This document shows, piece by piece, positions 12,001 to 51,684 of a stretch of DNA of 64,000 nucleotides; the first letter of the stretch is position 1, and every line of letters begins with the position of its first letter. The stretch lies in contig OZ037767.1 in assembly GCA_964035545.1 (NCBI GenBank), forward strand, positions 445,680 through 509,679, read 5' to 3'. The translations under genes were made by a program, and so were the position numbers. Below the pieces are notes generated by a model. It made no database searches and was not told the DNA's origin. It was given only the letters and a program-made list of their open reading frames with translations. The DNA is from Bugula neritina. Its lineage: Eukaryota; Animalia; Bryozoa.

Positions 12001-13346
12001 CCTACTTACACTAACCTATCTACTAGCAAGGTCCTACTTACACTAACCTATCTACTAACAAGGTCCTATTTACACTAACCTATCTACTAACAAGGCTATT
12101 GGTTGGTTATAAACATGTAGATCAGCATTTCTATGTCCATCAGTCGTTATATTTATATATTTTATTATAGCCTATCTTTTAACAAAATCATATTCACTAT
12201 AATTTGTAAGAGTAAATACATTTGCTATTAATTTAAATTGATGACCGCTATTAAACCATCTATTGGTGCAAAATTTTACTAGACTTGATTATAATTATGT
12301 GTGTCAAATATTCAGGTCAACCTACCAGGGTAACTAGACTTGGGTACAAGAAGGTAGATGTAATGTACTTCTGGTACAGCAGTGTAGACTGTGGTGATGA
12401 TCTCCTTGGCAGCACCATGAGAGTATTCTCCCCTGTGAGAAGAAAAGATACTTTCTACAATAATGCATAGCTTAGTTCTTTGAACACCAATATCATTCAA
12501 TAATTACTTTCCTATATAGATTCAGACTGAAGACTCATTAAGCATAAATATAGCAGAATGTAAACGTGTATGAGCAGCTGAGGATAAGTTACTTTTCATA
12601 CAAAAACTCTTGTTTTGCCAAAAGTAGGTAAACTTGATAGACATTACTACTTTAAATTCACAGACTGTAAATAATTGGGTAAAATATGTTTGTCAGCATT
12701 AACTAGAGAAGACAACCATGGCAACCAATTAGTAAGTAAACAAACCAACCTAGCAACAAAGAGATGCAAAAACAAAGTATTCAGACTGGTGGATGAAGAT
12801 GTGTTATTGTAGCTGCTGTGTAACCAGTCCTCCCATTTGCCAGGGTCAACACCTCCTACGTTAGGGTAGTCAAGGAAGCATGCCTGTCCCATAATCTCAT
12901 CATTCTGATTGATCAGAGTCACAGCTAAGTTGGCACGCTCACTGTAACATACCACATTAGCAAATCCTTTACAAGCAAAATATTCTCACTGAAACAGCAA
13001 GTTCACATCCAAAGAATTACCTTAACTTAATTTTATGTAGAAAATATTTTATTTTATAAGTCACTCCTAATAAGCACGCAGACACCACACTGTCTCCATA
13101 TGCAAAGTATACCTGCAACTTAAACTGCAAATTAAAAGAAGATGAAGTGATATAACAGATAGATTGTCATGGAGCTAAAATAAAAGTAAAATGCAACACT
13201 TACATAAGGTTGACAATGTTTAGACGCCCAAATACTTGTTCGGTGCTTTCGCTAACAAGTTTAGTGACAGCAAGTGCATCGACTGACTCTGTCCGTCTAG
13301 CGCTGACATACTGATCGGCACCCATGTTTGTGGCCTTCCGAGACAT
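44..13346 (-). CDS. CFAP61: Cilia- and flagella-associated protein 61, multi-exon, 3'-incomplete (continues beyond window start)
   Basis: Hand-spliced GT-AG exons in consistent phase: 13346-13204, 12941-12750, 12432-12326, 11018-10759, 10440-10299, 10107-10018, 9912-9624, 9238-9059, 5584-5458, 5267-4983, 4339-4217, 3799-3666, 2871-2686, 2556-2410, 2201-2095, 1835-1723, 1476-1300, 1055-837, 719-596, 485-283, 147-44. Peptides recognised from CFAP61: [93 protein letters not shown]. Confidence 0.93.
1558..1645. repeat. (GAGT)n microsatellite
   Basis: Direct reading; CFAP61 intron. Confidence 0.95.
2890..3630. repeat. 14/16-bp minisatellite (AGAGTATACAGAGT)n filling a CFAP61 intron
   Basis: Direct reading; source of the spurious LCILYS ORFs. 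Confidence 0.95.
3790..4021. repeat. 30-bp minisatellite containing a CFAP61 splice acceptor
   Basis: Unit ttagtctaaacacatgaaagtatgagg(a/c)ac, about 8 copies, overlapping the exon start at 3799. Confidence 0.9.
4400..4610 (-). mobile_element. tRNA-derived SINE inserted in an (AATAT)n microsatellite
   Basis: Minus-strand head GGGAGCAGCCG-TGGTCTAGGGG (A box)...GGTTTGAGCCC (B box), non-tRNA body, (TATTA)n tail; candidate TSD ccaatataat(a) at 4379 and 4611. Confidence 0.7.
4871..5020. repeat. 52-bp triplication of a CFAP61 exon end plus donor
   Basis: Three copies of aagct(t/c)a(c/t)ctct..ttggctgaa.gga.gta.cac.ggatagtacag. Confidence 0.85.
6785..7025. repeat. 23-bp minisatellite upstream of the nested GPCR
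   Basis: Unit acaccttgtcttgaatagtgctg, about 10 copies. Confidence 0.9.
7190..8314 (+). CDS. Intronless class A (rhodopsin-like) GPCR, FMRFamide/sex-peptide-receptor-like, nested antisense in CFAP61 intron 8
   Basis: 374-aa ORF with seven hydrophobic segments; GN in TM1 (GSVGNILS), LAVSD in TM2, ERY at the TM3 end, NFFIY in TM7 (NPxxY variant common in invertebrate FMRFamide-receptor-like families); N-terminal N-glycosylation sequons; possible acceptor ttaacag 6 nt before the ATG. Confidence 0.88.
   Translation: MTTNTSFMTQDSITNSHSVTSLACNATAETLLDIYTQHIPAVLITSKVLLPFWVAVGSVGNILSLLVWLQSTMRHSSGFYLAALAVSDTFFLVFYLVYFINYNTSLLNRPYICQWFGISFMSVRFMSPLFVLAFTAERYLVVCQPVRVINCQPLKVVNCYPHLHRKTSITIAGSVIFSFALGASYGYFVKSSPEHGCDVQPDMMSSSVWTRFTWSTEMIVFGIVPISILVLNCLLIHKIRHKPNILKESWHQKNANRISACTLTLLGVSFYYISSTLFMTMAFILIYMYQPSHLHLNSCLTQFEIANDSSWQKHLRFTSFKILTESICQSHYAINFFIYMLTGSKFRTEFHRMIKTMFCKGRAQSHNMSSLSQT
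9401..9588. mobile_element. hAT/Charlie-type non-autonomous DNA transposon (MITE), 188 bp
   Basis: Terminal inverted repeats CAGGGGTGGGCAACT / AGTTGCCCATTCCTG; perfect 8-bp target-site duplication CTCTAGAA at 9393-9400 and 9589-9596, matching the NTCTAGAN preference of Charlie-type hAT elements. Confidence 0.85.
11600..12095. repeat. 32-bp minisatellite in CFAP61 intron 3
   Basis: Unit tatctactaacaaggtcctacttacactaacc, about 15 copies. Confidence 0.95.
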
Positions 13347-14085
13347 GACTCTCAATGACTGCAAGCCTCAGAGCTGAAAAGATAGATTAAACAATTTAAG
13401 TTACTAAACAAGAATTCAACAGACAACTACAAAAACAAATAATTAAAATTGAGGCAACCACTTTTTTTATTCCCATAAAGCTACAAATTTACTACAAATC
13501 TATTAAATATAAAATTCTATTCATGATCATCATTATCTGTAGTCAATTAATCACAACTAGATACGTGAAATCAATGTTGATAAATTGCATCTAATATACA
13601 TATATTTATAATTATATAATTCATTACTTTAGTAAAAAGTGACAAATCATAATTACAATAATTATGTTCATCACAAGGGATATCAATTGCTAAATACAAA
13701 ATAACTTTAGTATAACAATAAGATTAAGTTTAACTTTAAGTTGTTATTTGTTTTAGCTAAATTTATCAATAATTAAAAGCAGTTAAATCAACCAATTTAG
13801 TATAATCACGATAAAACATTATACATTAATTGTCATTATTATTGTATCATTAACGTGATTTATTCGATTTTATCATCACCATGGTCCATGATTATTATAA
13901 TAATAATAATAAATATTTTTAGTAAATTCCCGTTTCAATTTGTTGCCCATTTACTTTTAGTCTTGAGGTTATCCAACCTTAAAATTTAAATATTCTTTAA
14001 AATGTTTATAAGGAAAAACTGTTTATGAAAGCTTTCCTGAGCAGTTTGCTAGAGAAAAGCTTCCAAATAAGCTGCCATGATGAGA

Positions 14086-14098
14086 GTTGCTGCGCAAC
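14086..14098. promoter_or_regulatory. Candidate RFX X-box in the CFAP61/EPRS bidirectional promoter region
   Basis: GTTGCTGCGCAAC (GTTGC-n3-GCAAC palindrome) about 740 bp upstream of the ATG of a ciliary gene; RFX factors regulate ciliary genes through such motifs. Confidence 0.4.
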
Positions 14099-14448
14099 TG
14101 CGCGAGTCCAATATATTTGCTTTCGCCAATCAAACAAAAGTTTGCCCAAAGAAACTCCCTTTAATTTTCTGCAATAATATTGAAAAGGCTTGGGTGTTTT
14201 GGACAGTTCAGGGTGCGTTTTTAGGATATAGGTATGAGACGTCCGCTACACTTATACAATTACCTATATGCATGCATATTAAGAAAATGCGTGCATATGA
14301 AAAGTTCAAGACTATATCAGCCAACTTCATTCATTTGCATTGCGCAGGATTCTATCAGCTTTGTGCTCATCTATAATAATATTAATTATAATACTCATAC
14401 TGTGCTGCTGCAGTTATTGCATCATTCAATTCGAAGCCACCAACAAGA

Positions 14449-30053
<15,605 letters not shown>

Positions 30054-30859
30054 TCTTCATCGGAACATTGTTAGGAGAAATAGGATTTACGATCTCTTGT
30101 CTATAATGTAATCAGATATACCTGTTTGGTATTAACTTTTAATCTAGACTTTTGTGTTACCTGCAAAATGTGTAATATTTATTCAGCTTGATGCCAAAAT
30201 ATTTGTGATTATATATTAATTGCAATTTTATGTAATATACTATGACAGTTGATACAATGCATGTGCTATTTCATCTTCTTTCCAAAAAATAATTAAAAAC
30301 TGAAACCATTGTGACAGAATCACTGTTTTTTTTTCAAGCTAAGGCTGCAAATTTTTTGTTTTTATGGTAGGATTTGTATATAGCTATTTAAACACACAAA
30401 GCAAAGAGCCACAACTATAAAACTGATCATAGTGTCAACAGTTGCTTTTCATCAATTGAAATAATTACTGTACAAATACGCATAACAAATCACGTTGGAG
30501 TTATTACCTCTAGAAGATCTGTTTAGCAAGAGAGGATAATATCGTAGCATATATTTTCCGGGTCCATAGCCCAAAAACGCGTCACTCTCTACAAAAATAG
30601 ACCATGGGTTTTATTGAGGAAATCCCGCTTGCATGCTTGTAATTTAATTGCTGTTCGCTATACACACAAATACACCAACTGCTTATGAATTGTGATTACC
30701 ATCTCAAGAATTGAAGATGGTGATACTGATAGTGTAAATTGTAACAGCTAAACTATTCCATTAATTTGTTTCAATTGGCATTAGAAAAGTTTGGATAAAT
30801 TTATTAAACTTTAATATTTACTTATAAAACATGACGTATAATAGCTTTACCTAAAAATT

Positions 30860-42862
<12,003 letters not shown>

Positions 42863-43881
42863 CCCGAGGTCTCTGCATTAGACAGGGCGTTGGCTCAAAC
42901 CTCCCCTGTCAGCTATTTTTCTACTTGTAACTTTTTGCTATTTAAACAGTTGAAGCTGTAGTGTGTTTTCTTATTACTTTATTTAAATATTATGTAGGTA
43001 CACAAAGTATATGCAAACATTTTATAATAATATATAATATATTATTGAGCACACAGATAAAAATATATATATAATAAAATTGGACTCAACACTGTCCTTA
43101 AGTTCAATCCTTTCCAACTATACAATACAATACAATGCAGGATTTCATAGAATTTGCTGTAACTTTCCATAACAGAGGCATGCATTCCCTGACCATGCCA
43201 GATGTGACTATCAGCATGTTATCACACCAGCTGTCAACAACATGCCAATATGTAAATGTAGGCTGAGTAAAAGTATAATAATTTATTAACAAAATAACTC
43301 TTTGGAATTATAAAATGCTGTGGGCTGGCCTCAACTCCGGCGTATTTGTATTCCTGTCTGCACGTGCCCAGTGACTTAGTTATCTTCAGTTATACAGCAT
43401 TCGCTTCCATTAACTATATGAGACCCACCTTTTGGCTGTAAAGTAGTATAATACCAATACAATATAACTCACTGTACAACACTCAATATGGCGTACAGTG
43501 TAAGTGTTGGTGACATGTTTTAGTGATTCAAGTGAAAATCAAACATGATAAAGTGATGTGGATATCACAAATATGAAATTAGGTTATTTTTAGATTGTGT
43601 ATTGTTGCTATAGATATATTATTTACTGTTGGAAATATCATTATCTGCAGTAAGTAAACAAGTCAACAGAGTTGCTGTATGCTAGACTCAGCTATCCAAA
43701 TGTTTTGGCAGTTCTTGTGTTACAGAATCAACTCGTAATAGTAAGTATAAGCTAGTGATATCTACCAACTCATAATAGTAAGTATAAGTTAGTGATATCT
43801 ACCAACTCGTAATAGTAAGTATAAGTTGGTGATATTAACCTTAACATAATCATGATTTATATACATGGCTATTTAATGTGG

Positions 43882-46800
43882 CTAAAACTGATTGATGAAA
43901 CATAGACTGGGCACCTTAAAGGGAGTCCTTTGACCGGCTTTGCTGTAGAATGTCATTTTGCACATAGTTTTGTGTCCAGTTCTCTGATCAAAGCTGCCAC
44001 ACTCTAAGAAGGGAGGACTGTATAAATGTAGACTCACTGCCTTGTCCGTGAAACTGGGGTTTTCAACTCTGTGCAGGCCAATGTCGTCTGAAATATACGG
44101 AGTTGTCATTCCTTGCATAACTTAGACTGCTCTAGAGCTTTTATTGTTAAATTCAAATGTAACTAAACTAAAGAAATTCCATTAAGCCACCTAGAAGTAC
44201 ATTGTTTCTAAAATCTAAAAGTTGATTTATGGCTAAACTGTATAATGAGCCTGACTCCCTGTTTCATGTTGCAGACAGCACCTGACAAGTGTATTCTACA
44301 GATAGCTGACTAGCTGCAGACAGCACCTGATAAGTGTATTCTACAGATAGCTGACTAGCTGCAGACAGCACCTGACAAGTGTATTCCACAGATAGCTGAC
44401 TAGCTGCAGACAGCACCTGACAAGTGTATTCTACAGATAACTGACTAGCTGCAGACAGCACCTGACAAGTGTATTCTACAGATAGCTGACTAGCTGCAGA
44501 CAGCACCTGACAAGTGTATTCTACAGATAACTGACTAGCATATGAGCAGGTGCCACCCACCACAGATATACGTCGTCTCGTTAGTGTTAAAGTGTTTCGT
44601 GACTCTGTGACTCATAGGGTCTCCCTCCTCCTTCGGCCAATCAAATAGCACCTCATTGAGCTCTCCGTCCAAAATCTGAAGGTCAGACATATTTACATAA
44701 TGAGCGTGTTTACTGTGATAAGGAAATTTTCAGTGATCTAAATATTGGTTACATGTTAGGGTAGATGAAAACAACAATTATTGTGGTTATACAGACTCTG
44801 CATATGCTACTATCTGCACAAAATATACTATCTGCACATAAATACTATCTGCACAGTATACACTATATCTGACTATACATAATATAGACCCAGTCTACTA
44901 GCAGGGAATTGAAGTTATAGTTTCATAGACTAATAAATTCTATCTAATAATGTTTAATGTTCATACTTATGTCTTTTAACAAACCTACTGTGGGCGTAAG
45001 CTCTGGATTAACTGTCACATACATCACATACGTCACATACGTCACAGACAAAATGTCAACAAAATTAATTCTAAATCAGAAATCCCTCCACCTTTTCCCA
45101 ACTGCCACTCAAGTGCTGATGCATGTTCTACGTTATGCATTCCACACTTGATATAAAATATATTCTTTTCTACTGTTTTGACATTTTTTGTTTAAGCTAC
45201 ATTATCAAACTGCAAGCTGAAATATTTCTACTACCACAGGTGAAGTGCATTCCTCCACACTTGTAATGTAGTCACAGTGTTTGTTAGAGGCAGCATACCT
45301 TCATAAAGCAGTGAGCGTCAGCGTGGTCGTGTATGGCCGAACCCTGAGCCTCATTCCAACATAAGACAATCAAATTAAACTTCTCATTCCCCTCGTCTAC
45401 CAAGTTCCTGGTGTACCTGGGAGATTTAAATTCCATATGATTACATGTATAATATATAGTATATACTATTTCACATAATGTACTGTTATAATAATAATAA
45501 TAATAATAGTAATAATGTAGATATATAATGAAAGTAATAATATAATACTTTAATAATAGTAATAATAAAAGTATATATAGGTGAATATTTAAAAGTAGGA
45601 GAACACGAAGGGTTATCTGTGGAATATGAATTAGTTTGACTGTCTCCTCTCTGCAGATTAACTCTCCCTGTACCAGCAGCACAGGCGGGGGGGGGGGGGG
45701 GAGGGTCATAAAGTGTATCATTGCTGCTACTCACGGTATGAAGTGTAAATATAGGTCACTAGGCTAAATATAGACAAGTTATACCTTAAGGGACATCTCA
45801 CTGGTATCAGGAGAATTGTGAGGCAAGAAGGTCAATGCTTTCTTTAAGCATGTTTTCATAAAATAATCCCTTTCCCCGCTGCAACTGTTAGCAATACATT
45901 TCACAATACATGACTGGATATATATGTGCTATTACAATAGTGTATATTCAATTATTTCACAGTTCTTTCACTTCCACTATATAGCAGAGTACTAAATGAT
46001 TAGCCCTTTAATACTATACACTGTATTTGTTTGGCCTACATTCACCTACAGAATATAATAAAATATAATAAAGAGACTTAAGTTGGTTGTCCAGTTTACG
46101 TCAACATGTTATTCAACAGTTTGTTTGTATCTACAGGATAACACGCCATATATACTTCACACAGTACAGTAACACTAGCACCGGTTTACTAACACAGACC
46201 ATAGTAATTATACTAATGAGAATGTAACATACTGTGGCTGTAGCCAGTTGCATAGTAATTACTTACCATAAACTATGCTACTTGATAGGTAGAGTTAATA
46301 TTATATGGCAACATTTACAAAGAAGTTACAGTTTACTCAATATAAATACTCTTTGAAGTGTGTTATACTATTTGCAGTGTGTTATAGTTATACTCTTTAC
46401 TGTGTGTTATAGTTATACTCTTTACTGTGTGTTATAGTTATACTCTTTACTGTGTGTTATAGTTATACTCTTTACTGTGTGTTATAGTTATACTCTTTAC
46501 TGTGTGTTATAGTTATACTCTTTACTGTGTGTTATAGTTATACTCTTTACTCTTCACTCTAAGTCTAATATAATAAGATATTAAACATTATATAGTATAA
46601 TATATCATAACCATTAACATAATAATATAATGTAGTGTAACATAACATAATATAATATAATAAAATTAACACAGAACATTTTAAAGCATTTTCAAATAAA
46701 ATTATATTATTTAGATCTCATTAAAATGTTGATTTACTAATAAACATATGACACAGTTACACCAGAACCTAAACAGTTATAGGTGCACCATTAAGTACCA

Positions 46801-47004
46801 CTTTGTATCCATAATATTTTACCTGTACTCGTCAAACTTGGCATATTGTGCCCAGTCGGACTCTTTACTCTTGTAGCTGTTCATCACAGCCTTCACATAG
46901 TCAGTGTCAATTTCATTATCTTCAAATATTTCATGCAACTTCTTCACCAACTGCTCAAAGTTTTCAATCGGCTCTAGATTGTAATTTTTTGGACAGCTTT
47001 CCAT
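43882..47004 (-). CDS. CDO1: Cysteine dioxygenase type 1
   Basis: Exons 47004-46823, 45416-45299, 44675-44561, 44087-43882 (the last exon may instead splice at AAG/GT near 43915 to an unresolved short terminal exon). Motifs YTRNLVD, IHDH..HCFMK (two iron His plus cross-link Cys), GLHRVEN (third His), SLHLYSPP (cross-link Tyr). Confidence 0.93.
44270..44540. repeat. 45-bp minisatellite in CDO1 intron 3
   Basis: Unit gcagacagcacctgacaagtgtattctacagatagctgactagct, 6 copies. Confidence 0.94.
46375..46550. repeat. 25-bp minisatellite in CDO1 intron 1
   Basis: Unit tgtgtgttatagttatactctttac, about 7 copies. Confidence 0.93.
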
Positions 47005-50000
47005 TGTTTATTCTGCTTGTTGTTCTAACAAATTTTCTTTGCCTTTTTAATGTTATCTGCTCCCGTCTTATTAGACTGCAAATTGTTAGATCGTCTGCAA
47101 CTAATACTATACTGAAGTTGATGAACTGCTGCACCTCCTCTCTCGTTTCTATCTCATTGAAGTATCAACGTACAGGAATTGATTTCTCCTGAGCCCGTTT
47201 GTGACCAGCAAGTCATTATCCAATCAGCGTAGAGCTACACACGTGTATTTGTTTACACAGCCAGCGTGATGTATAACAGCTGCGTATTGCTACTGTATAA
47301 CAAAGAGGTAGCCAAAGGTTTGGAAAGATTTGGGATTTCAATGAAACTTTATAATCAACTGCAGCGGTAAGATAGACTCTTATGTAAGCCATATGCAATA
47401 GATTGGGGGCATGTCACCTGCAACCAATGAAGTGTGGGTATTGTGCCTTGCCACCTCCCTCTATTATAAACAGATGGTCTTGTAACACAGGATCTGCAAT
47501 AACTTGACTTTACAGAGTGAATGTTGGCATTTATCCATACTCTCTCCTTCAGGGCATGAAACTTTATTATCCAATATTCCAACTTCCTTATGCAAGAGTA
47601 TAGCTGGTCCATTTAGTTTCCAGTTAAATACTAAACAGCTGATGAGATATAAAGATAAAATCAAATTTGATTATCAAGTTATAATATTGCTATTATTTTC
47701 CACTAGTAACTTATTTATGTTCAATAAATCAAAATGACATAAAATTAATCATGATTGATTAGTGGTTAAAGCTTGTGTGACTAGCAATTTTTAGACTGTT
47801 GCTGATTGGTCACACCCTCTTATTGTAGTATGTACAGAATATAGGACAGACAGACTGCACACGCCAGTGTCTATGTTGCAAGGTGATATAACTGAGTGAG
47901 ATAAAAGGCAGAGAGAGAAAGTGATGGTACCACTGTGAGGTGTCTCAACTCAGGTGTATTCATATAGCTATGTGGTTATACAGGTATAAGGGGCTTAATA
48001 TGGTACACTGGTAAATCTAGCTAAGAGCAAACTGAGTTGTTGGTAACTACAACGAATTACAATGTTTATATAGAATTTCTGTGAGGTCTTTAGAAAAAGT
48101 ATAATGCATGTTTTGAAAATCAAAGTATAATGCATTCCAGAAGTTATTGAGTTAGAGTGTGAGCCTAATACAAGGTGGGGGGTGGGGTGGAGGCCACATC
48201 AATGCTGCTCCTTCAGTTATTTGTTGGTTAATGTTTTCCTTATGTTATTTGTACTTAATGTGAAATGTTGGCAACTTTTCAGCTGAACTCACAGCTTTGA
48301 TTAAACAAAATGTTGCAATAGCTATGCATGTTGACAGACCTACGCAATGGAAAATTTTCCTTTAAATCCTATAAACTCATTCCAGTTTAAGAAAAGGAAT
48401 TCCATGTACCTGTTTCCGAAATAATTTTGAAACTAAAACAGTTTGGTGTTTCCAACTAAAAGAATAGAAGTGTTTGTATGAGTAACTATGTCACTATGAT
48501 AATATAATGGACAAAAGAATAAATAAATCTAACATAAGTCCAGAGTTGTGTAAACTTTTAGAACTTATTTTGTTATAAATTAGAAAGTTATCTTCTCCCT
48601 GTTTTCTTAGTGACTCTTCCAGACCCTGAAAAAGAAACTGCTTTTATAATATGCGTCAGCCCGGAGGAATCATCATGCTGTCACTTTACTAGTATTTTCT
48701 GTGAAGAGAAACTGTCTTACATTCTCATACATGAAGGAACTGCATTGAAAACAAAACCTATCAGATCTAAAGATATGGCTCAGTCTATTTAAAGTAATTC
48801 GGTTCTGTTGCATTATCAAATAAGCTGATAAAAAAAGATGAAATAGACATGTGCAGACAACTCTCAAGTTATATTAGAAAGAGTTCTGACAGCACTTGTC
48901 TGGTAGCAGCTCTCAGCTTGTATAGGTAACTTCAAGAAAGCTATAAATAGCATCTGCAGTATAAAGAATAACCAACATAGGAAATATAAATCTGCTTTTT
49001 GTTGGGTTACAAATATCTCAATAGATTGCTAAATATTTTGATACTTATAGATGGATGCACAGATAAGCTCAAACATGCTACACATTATGTACATATAGAG
49101 GAGAGAGAAGGAAGGACTTATAATATAACAACCCAGCATCATGCAGTGAATTAGTTCTGTAAACTTAGTATAGTTTAGATCAGGGTGGTATCAGCAACAG
49201 CCCGTCTCCGCAGCTACCACATCCACTGCTCCATTAGAAAATGCAATGAAATTAGTACATCAGTTATTCAATAGAAATTGACTTAAAACTGAGTTGGCTG
49301 GAGCAATTATATACGATATCTTTCATTTGTCTACTAGAAAGCTACAAAAGGCTTTAGTGACATGAAAAAGCGATTGTAAGTACGAGTTTGTGTGATCAAT
49401 TTCATCTCAGGTTGAACAGTTGCATAGAAAGACTGGGCATTAGCCTCACTATATCATACATTATTGAACATCATTTAATTGGATTGATGATGTCATCTGG
49501 GAACATTGTGAACTTATTGACTGAGGAACTCTGGGTAGTCTATGGTAGAGTTTGTTTGTTATGTATTACACACTGCATGATAGTAGTACACAGAAAGAAG
49601 CTAAAGGTTGAGTATTTACTGCAGAGTTGTAAACTTTGTGAATGTAGCTGTAAACAATTATTAAAAACAGTGGAGGCTTTCAATTTTTATCTAAAACTAA
49701 AGAAAATGCTTTTTAGTTATAAAATACACCATTTTTTATTTTTAAAATTAATAATATAACATCTTTAAACCATTTTTATTCCAAACAGAGTATCTTATTT
49801 TTTCAGGGGTAAAAATTAAAGTATGCCATTGGAAAATGCTTAGCAATGCTTTTAAATAAAGAGAAATGAAGTTGAGGGTGACTCACTAAACCACCCTCAC
49901 TGTAAACCATGAATACAGACATATTAAGGGCTTCTGTAACACTCAGCGTAAGGGTTTTACAATAATTAGTGGTTTGTTTGACTTGCTAATGTCTGGCAAT

Positions 50001-50384
50001 CAAGTGATGTTAAAAATTGACGTCTGATTTTAAATCGACTGCATCTGAGAGTGATTCAGTTTCCTAATCAATATGTAGCCACTTTACTCTTAGCCTCAGC
50101 ACCAGTCATCTTCAACTCCCTTCTTTATTAAGTGATGTGCAAATAACCATTACTTTCACATGAAAGCAGAGAACGTAGACTTCACAACACACTGCTATGA
50201 CACTGACTGTCTTCCATAATGTAGTTGAGATTCTATTCAACCAGATAAACCAACGAGTGTTGCTGTTAGCCACTGACTCGCTGACCTATTCTGCTGGTGT
50301 CGCAGGTTAAGGCGCAGGTAAAAATATAGAGTAATATCCTGGCAGAGTATTTAGCTCAGCTGATTGTAGAGTGAATGTTATTTG

Positions 50385-50575
50385 ATAGGAATATGTTGTG
50401 TTTAGTGCTTTCTGCATGGGAGATATAGGAATATGTTGTGTTTAGTGCTTTCTGCATGGGAGATATAGGGATATGTTGTGTTTAGTGCTTTCTGCATGGG
50501 AGATATAGGGATATGTTGTGTTTAGTGCTTTCTGCATGGGAGATATAGGTATATGTTGTGTTTAGTGCTTTCTGG
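50385..50575. repeat. 40-bp minisatellite
   Basis: Unit ataggaatatgttgtgtttagtgctttctgcatgggagat, about 5 copies. Confidence 0.92.
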
Positions 50576-51684
50576 GAGAGAATATGGTTTGAGTTGCTGC
50601 ATTTTCTGCTATGAAGTTCTGGATGAAATTTCCATAATAAAACTATAGATTTTTAATTTAGGTATTCAGTTTGAATAAAGTTTTGTTAATTATGCATTGG
50701 TATGAAATTCGAAGGTAACACAACTAATAAACATGTAGTTATATAATATGTTGTTAAGTGTAATATAACTTCAATTATTTAATATAATGTACTATAAAAT
50801 GTAATTATAATTTGGAGACCTTTTGAATTTTGTCATATATATGTTTCAGTAAGTTAAAAGTCAATTGATTGCCTTCTGCAGGTAATAATTGATTTTAAAG
50901 AAATTAGACTAATTTACATCCTCTTTACAGTAAGTATTATACAAACTGTATTATATTATAATATACCACCATGTGATATTATTTAATATTATATACGTTA
51001 TATTGTACTAGTGTATATTATATTATAGTATATTATTGTATATTATACTATATTATGTTATATAATATGCTATGCTATATTATATCATATTATATTGTAT
51101 TATACTATATTAGTATATATCATGTTATAGTATACTATGCTATGTTGTATTATACTATATTATATTGTATTGTATTATACTATATTATTATATTATAGTA
51201 TATTATATAGCTCTAACAATCATTCAATATCTCTATAATATGTTTGATTAGTGTTATATTGGAAGTACTTAACTGAAGCTTTACTCCTACTTAGTTTGTA
51301 ACTTTAAACTAAACCTGCATTATTAATAATTCAATATTTCAGAGTGAAAACTATGTACAGTAGAATATATCCCTGTATATAGTAGAATATATCCCTGTAG
51401 AATTCATTCTTATAAACAACGTATAGTGAACTTATTGAGCTGCGATTTTATTTCTAAAATAAAGCACGATTTTTCCGTTCTATTATAATATTTAATTTCC
51501 CTGAAGAATAATGCAAGGGTTGAAAAGCTTACTGCTGGTCTCTTTTAAGACGATTATAATTATCAAAGTGAAGAAAATAAACAAATTAATATATGCAATA
51601 AAATATAATTAAACTTTGGTTCAAGATTTTGTAAATGAGTTTTGAGTGTAACACATCAACCCACAGCAATGCAAACTTTTATGT

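Noticed and set aside
11600-12095. CRISPR-like or telomeric array (ctaacc-containing 32-bp unit)
   Set aside because: Head-to-tail units with no unique spacers, eukaryotic intron context, and no (TTAGGG)n or (TTAGG)n runs.
47200-49800. Short ORFs upstream of CDO1
   Set aside because: No recognisable domains or consistent splice-linked exon chain.
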